Below, piece after piece: positions 59,677-64,000 of a stretch of DNA of 64,000 bases. The position numbers and the translations under genes were made by a program. The DNA is taken from contig JAAEOK010000042.1 of NCBI GenBank assembly GCA_024244705.1, forward strand, positions 88,764 to 152,763, written 5' to 3'. This DNA is from Alphaproteobacteria bacterium (GTDB taxonomy: Bacteria; Pseudomonadota; Alphaproteobacteria; JAAEOK01). Numbering within the stretch: the stretch's first letter is position 1; every line of letters begins with the position of its first letter. The notes under the pieces were generated by a model. It worked only from the letters and a program-made list of their open reading frames with translations. It did no database searches and was not told where the DNA came from.

Positions 59677-60135
59677 CTATCGCATATCCGGATAGTTGTT
59701 GGGCCCCGGGTTCCACATCCCACGGCGCGCGTCGCGGGCTTCGATTTCAGTGTTTCGATAGACCGCGTCGGCGGCGTGGGCCCAGCCCGTATAGACCATG
59801 CCGTAGGACAGGTCATAGCCGTTCGCCAGGCAGCGCGCGACAACCGGACCCTGATCGGCGACCTCGATGGCCCGACACTCGACCACCGCACCGGCGGTCA
59901 AATCGAGCAACTGGGCGCGTGCAATGCGCCCACAATCGCGGTCTTGACCTCGAACCGTACAAATCTCACCCGGAACCGGCACGAGGATGCCCGCCAAGCG
60001 GAATGCCGTACCATCCAGATCGACGGTCTGGCCATCGATAACGACCAACGCTTGCGCGTCGGCTCGTTCCGCGGGAAACGCGGACCAACTCAAGATCAGG
60101 CAGATTCCGACAGCCGGCCATCGCAGCATCGCCAT
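59677..60135 (-). CDS. thermonuclease (SNase-like) family protein, secreted
   Basis: Signal peptide. SNase-like spacing of conserved Arg/Asp/Glu (VIDGQTVDLDG...RLAGI..PE) and C-terminal RRGMW. Confidence 0.6.
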   Translation of the reverse strand: MAMLRWPAVGICLILSWSAFPAERADAQALVVIDGQTVDLDGTAFRLAGILVPVPGEICTVRGQDRDCGRIARAQLLDLTAGAVVECRAIEVADQGPVVARCLANGYDLSYGMVYTGWAHAADAVYRNTEIEARDARRGMWNPGPNNYPDMR

Positions 60136-60274
60136 GCTCCCGATCGCGAGACAATGGTGTATCCAGATATCTGGGTTATAGCGCCGACATACCTTTACGG
60201 ACCATCACGTTTCCGCGATAAATGCCTTAGATGCGGCAGCGGACCGGCCGCGCCCGATCCCTACGAGCGCCGTC

Positions 60275-61033
60275 ATGCAAAAACCGAGCTATCCGGAGCA
60301 GATCACGATCGGCGGTCGCGCCTATCGCGTCGATAGGGTTCTCCACGACGATTTTTTCTCGATCAACGTGCTTTATGTGGAGCCAGGTGGCGGCCGCCAG
60401 ATTCTCAAGCTCAGCGACTTCCGCATGATCGGCGGCTTCCTCTTCCGTCCGATGGCGGCGTGGATGTCGCGCCGGGAATACCGTATCTACGGAAAGCTTG
60501 AAGGCGTTGTCGGGGTGCCCACTCTCGGACCACGATGTGGCGATCGCGGCTATTTCCATGACTTCGTGCCCGGAAAACCGCTCGATCGGCTGGCGCCGGA
60601 CGAAACCGTGCCCGACGATTTCTTCGACCGCCTGGTGGACACCTACAAGGAAATGCACTTGCGCGGAATCGCCCATGTCGATTCGAACAAGCGCAGTAAT
60701 CTAATCCTCGGCAACGACGGCCGCCCTTATGTCATCGACTTCCAGGTCGCGCTCGACCGCGGCAACGGGCGCACATTGCGCCGCCGCCGCGAATCTTTGT
60801 TTTTGGCCCTGGCCCGATCGGACATCTACCATGTCTACAAACTCAAGGCTCGTTTGCGCCCCGACCTGATGCGGCCGGAGGAATGGGCCCTTGCCGATCG
60901 GCCGCGCCAAAACCGAATCTACGACCGGATTTTCGGCGGCCCCTACCGCACGCTGAAACGCATGATCTACCGCTCGGGCAGCACCCAGCCACGATGGCGG
61001 CGCAGCGGCAACGGTCGGGATACGGACGCCTAG
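60275..61033 (+). CDS. protein-kinase-like fold protein (Kdo/LPS-kinase or RIO-like)
   Basis: Catalytic-loop-like HVDSNKRSNLIL and DFQVA (DFG-equivalent). Confidence 0.5.
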   Translation: MQKPSYPEQITIGGRAYRVDRVLHDDFFSINVLYVEPGGGRQILKLSDFRMIGGFLFRPMAAWMSRREYRIYGKLEGVVGVPTLGPRCGDRGYFHDFVPGKPLDRLAPDETVPDDFFDRLVDTYKEMHLRGIAHVDSNKRSNLILGNDGRPYVIDFQVALDRGNGRTLRRRRESLFLALARSDIYHVYKLKARLRPDLMRPEEWALADRPRQNRIYDRIFGGPYRTLKRMIYRSGSTQPRWRRSGNGRDTDA

Positions 61034-61163
61034 GGCGTGATCGGCTCACATCGAAACGAAGTGAGCCGTGAATCACGCCCCAACATATTGAGTTAGAGCA
61101 AGATTCACGTTTCAGGTCGATTCGATCTGAAACGATCTTGCTCTTGGCACGGGATTCGGTGCC
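61034..61163. terminator. cluster of three consecutive strong stem-loops in the convergent intergenic region (61034..61079, 61095..61144, 61146..61163). Probable bidirectional terminator.
   Basis: Inverted repeats seen directly: GGCGTGATCGGCTCAC/GTGAGCCG..ATCACGCC, AGAGCAAGAT..CGTTTCAG/CTGAAACG..ATCTTGCTCT, GGCAC/GTGCC. Confidence 0.4.
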
Positions 61164-61193
61164 AATGCGACGGGAACACGTTGTCCGAAATCT

Positions 61194-62288
61194 CTATTCC
61201 AGCTTTTCCGGGTAAAGCGTTGCCAAGCCCAGCGCCGATGCCTCGCAAAGACCGCGTTCAGTGATCAGGCCGGTGACCAGGCGCGCCGGGGTGACATCGA
61301 AAGCGTAGTTCGCTGCCGGGCTCCCTTGTGGCGTGATGGTGACCGTATGGACCGCACCGTCGGCATCGCGACCGGTCATCGTGGTTACCTCGTCCGCGCC
61401 CCGCATCTCGATCGGAATGTCGAACCCATCGGTTAACGTCCAGTCGATGGTCGGACCGGGGAGCGCGACGTAGAACGGCACATCGTTGTCGCTAGCCGCC
61501 AAGGCCTTGAGATAGGTGCCGATCTTGTTGGCAACATCGCCGGATGCCGTCGTCCGGTCGGTGCCGGTGATACAGAGGTCGACCGCGCCGCGCTGCATCA
61601 GATGCCCGCCGGCGTTGTCGACGATCACCGTGTGTGAAACCCCTTGTCGACCGAGCTCCCAAGCGGTCAGCGCCGCGCCCTGGTTGCGAGGCCGTGTCTC
61701 GTCGACCCAGACATGGACCGGCACACCTTTTTCGTGGGCCTTGTAGATCGGCGCCAGCGCCGTCCCCCAATCGACCGTCGCCAGCCAGCCGGCGTTGCAG
61801 TGCGTCAACACGTTGACCGGGCGGGATTGATCGGACTTCCGCCATTGCTCCTCGATCAACGGCAAGCCGTGGTCGCCGATCGCCGAATTCATGGCGACAT
61901 CGTCGTCGCAGATCTCGGCCGCGCGTCGGTAGGCAGCTTCGACACGCGCCTCATGCGGCCGGTTGCGGACATGGGCCCGCATTTCGTCGAGCGCCCAGCG
62001 CAGATTGACCGCGGTCGGGCGTGTCGCCAGTAGCTGGTCATAGGCGAGCTCGACGGCCGCGTCGCTGGAATCCGCACGCAGCGCCAGGCAAATGCCATAG
62101 GCTGCGGTGGCGCCGATCAACGGCGCTCCCCGCACCAGCATATGGGAGATCGCCTGCGCCGCATCGTCGACCGACCTCAAACCGGTAGTGACGAAGGCAT
62201 GTGGAAGTTTGGTCTGGTCGATGATCGAAATCGACCAACCGTCGTCATTGAGCCAGATCGTTCGATAGGACTCGTCGTGGACCTTCAT
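61194..62288 (-). CDS. mtnA: S-methyl-5-thioribose-1-phosphate isomerase
   Basis: eIF2B/MtnA family motifs (LVRGAPLIGATAA, NVLTHCNAG, VGADRIA-like region). Confidence 0.85.
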   Translation of the reverse strand: MKVHDESYRTIWLNDDGWSISIIDQTKLPHAFVTTGLRSVDDAAQAISHMLVRGAPLIGATAAYGICLALRADSSDAAVELAYDQLLATRPTAVNLRWALDEMRAHVRNRPHEARVEAAYRRAAEICDDDVAMNSAIGDHGLPLIEEQWRKSDQSRPVNVLTHCNAGWLATVDWGTALAPIYKAHEKGVPVHVWVDETRPRNQGAALTAWELGRQGVSHTVIVDNAGGHLMQRGAVDLCITGTDRTTASGDVANKIGTYLKALAASDNDVPFYVALPGPTIDWTLTDGFDIPIEMRGADEVTTMTGRDADGAVHTVTITPQGSPAANYAFDVTPARLVTGLITERGLCEASALGLATLYPEKLE

Positions 62289-62364
62289 GATTGTCCTCTA
62301 CGACCACCGCGGGGAGTCGGTGCACGGCCATGACAGAGTCGTCCGTGCTTTGTTGGAACGCTTA

Positions 62365-63066
62365 CTAGAACTTCCCGTAGACGGGTACGATTCCGCCGCG
62401 GGTCACCTGGTTGCCCGGGGACACCAGAAAGGCGATGGTTTCCGCGATTTCCTCCGGCTTGGGCCAGGTGTCGTGATTTGCCTTGGGCATCGCTTCGCGG
62501 TTTGCCGCAGTGTCGATGATCGACGGCGCAACGGCATTCACCCAGATATTCTTTTTGGCGAGTTCTTCGCCCAGGGCTTCGGTCAACGCCGCGACCGCGG
62601 CCTTGCTCGCCGCATAGACCGCCATCCCGGCGCCGCTGCGCGGTTCTACGCCGGGCCGTGCCGAGACGTTGACGATGCGGCCGCCGCGACCGGTTTCGTC
62701 AATCCGCCGCGCCGCCGCCCGGCAGCACAGAAACGCGGTCCGCAAATTGATGTCGATCATGTGGGCGAAATCTTTGGCCGTCGTATCGGCCAGCGACGCC
62801 ATGGCAAAACCGCCGGCGAGATGGACCGAAGCCCACAGCGGCGGGCAACTGTCGAAGAACGCGTCGACCTGCCCTTCATCGCTGAGGTCGATGCCAGTCT
62901 CGACCACGACGTTCGGATGGTCGCGGTGCGGGTAACCTTCGAGCTGCTTGGCGTGAAAATTCGGCAAATGAATGATTGCGCCGTCCTCGAGCAGCCGTCC
63001 GACGACCGCCCGTCCAAGGCCGCCGGTGCCGCCGGAAACCACGATATGGTGTTGTTCCAATTGCAT
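62365..63066 (-). CDS. SDR family oxidoreductase
   Basis: Cofactor-binding VSGGTGGLG. Catalytic YxxxK (YAASKAAV). Confidence 0.8.
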   Translation of the reverse strand: MQLEQHHIVVSGGTGGLGRAVVGRLLEDGAIIHLPNFHAKQLEGYPHRDHPNVVVETGIDLSDEGQVDAFFDSCPPLWASVHLAGGFAMASLADTTAKDFAHMIDINLRTAFLCCRAAARRIDETGRGGRIVNVSARPGVEPRSGAGMAVYAASKAAVAALTEALGEELAKKNIWVNAVAPSIIDTAANREAMPKANHDTWPKPEEIAETIAFLVSPGNQVTRGGIVPVYGKF

Positions 63067-63269
63067 GATCGAGACTGTCTCCGTCAATACGTGTCCTGTC
63101 AATCCCGTGATCTTGCCGAACCAGCCGATGAGCGATAGCCGCCATCGGGTCGAAAGCGGCGGTCACACTATTTTCGAGATCGGCCTTTGGGCCGGCGCCC
63201 GGGCCTTGCCTTGATACGACCGCGACAAGTAGGGTCGACCGGCAAATTCCCGTATCCGGAGACACACCC

Positions 63270-63875
63270 ATGCCGTTCGAGCTGCGCCCCCTGCCCTACC
63301 CCTATTACGGCCTCGAACCCCACATGTCGGCCGATACGCTCGGCCAACATCACGACAAGCATCATCGCAAATATGTCGACCGACTCAACGATTTGGTGAC
63401 CGGTACGAATTTCGCCAACCAGCCGCTCGACGACATCATTCGCGGTTCGGCGACCGACCCGGATCTCAAGACGACCTTCAACAACGCGGCGCAATCCTGG
63501 AATCATGATTTTTTCTGGAATTGCATGGCACCCGTGGGAACGGTCAGCAAGAGCGACGTCGTGAACAAGCGCCTTACGGAAACCTTCGGCAGCGTCGACC
63601 GGTTCAAGGAAGCGTTCAAGGCGATGGCCGTCGGCCAGTTCGGCAGCGGCTGGGCGTGGCTGGTTTTCGACCATGGGGAGTTGGCGGTGACCAAGACGGC
63701 GAATGCCGGCAATCCAATGACCGAGGGTGTGGTACCGCTCCTGACCTGCGATGTGTGGGAGCATGCCTATTATTTGGACTACCAGAGCCGACGGCTGGAT
63801 TTCGTCACCACCTTCCTCGATCGTTTGGTCAATTGGCCGTTTGTCGAACGGCGCCTCGACGAATGCCGAGATTGA
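63270..63875 (+). CDS. sodB: Fe/Mn superoxide dismutase
   Basis: PxLPYxYxxLEP start, H...H, DVWEHAYY signature. Confidence 0.9.
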   Translation: MPFELRPLPYPYYGLEPHMSADTLGQHHDKHHRKYVDRLNDLVTGTNFANQPLDDIIRGSATDPDLKTTFNNAAQSWNHDFFWNCMAPVGTVSKSDVVNKRLTETFGSVDRFKEAFKAMAVGQFGSGWAWLVFDHGELAVTKTANAGNPMTEGVVPLLTCDVWEHAYYLDYQSRRLDFVTTFLDRLVNWPFVERRLDECRD

Positions 63876-64000
63876 GGCCGGCCGGTTGCGCTCTGTGGGG
63901 CTTAGCCGGACCCCTCCAATTCGTGGATAACGATCACGCGGCACGGCGATCCGCTGACCCCTTCGAGACGCAGCGGCAAGGCGATCATGCGTCCGCCGGG

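Noticed and set aside
1-64000. CRISPR arrays, rRNA operons, prophage, IS transposase genes
   Set aside because: No regularly spaced direct repeats, no rRNA-like segments, no transposase or phage structural gene motifs were seen. The only repeat family found is the 270-bp MITE-like element.

Overview
This is a 64 kb chromosomal window from a high-GC (about 62-64%) genome. The gene content and order (serS-surE-pcm-nlpD, tatA-tatB-tatC, scpA-scpB, argS-dgt, DUF2497-valS next to tolC) suggest an alphaproteobacterium, possibly Rhodospirillales-like. Most of it is core housekeeping: DUF815 ATPase (partial), nlpD, pcm, surE, serS, tatABC, an iron-type ABC permease/ATPase, scpAB, M50 protease, nagZ, SPOR protein, argS, dgt, erpA, xthA, valS, tolC, ilvD, mtnA, SDR, sodB. 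Accessory blocks sit among these. One is an xthA / acetyl-CoA hydrolase-transferase / ATPase-like-GNAT fusion operon. Another is an amino-acid ABC importer next to a hydrolase cluster (alpha/beta hydrolase, MBL-fold, MlrC-like M81 peptidase, GNAT, GST). A third is a MmyB-like-regulator-headed block: polytopic membrane protein, class-V PLP enzyme, ankyrin lipoprotein, low-GC glycosyltransferase-like gene. A tRNA-Cys is followed by unknown genes. A tRNA-Asn is followed by an aspartate:alanine antiporter plus aspartate 4-decarboxylase (aspT-asdA), then a decayed chaA remnant and an agmatinase. The last block is CHASE2 adenylate/guanylate cyclase / TPR-beta-barrel (Slam/DUF560-like) / FecR-domain protein. 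The most striking sequence-level observation is a 270-bp miniature inverted-repeat element (17-19 bp terminal inverted repeats AGAGCCCTTTCTATGAA) present twice in opposite orientations. One copy lies exactly between tatB and tatC; the other sits 33 bp upstream of ilvD. No CRISPR arrays, rRNA genes, integrases or transposase genes are visible. All functional calls are from motif and family recognition by eye; none are database-verified.
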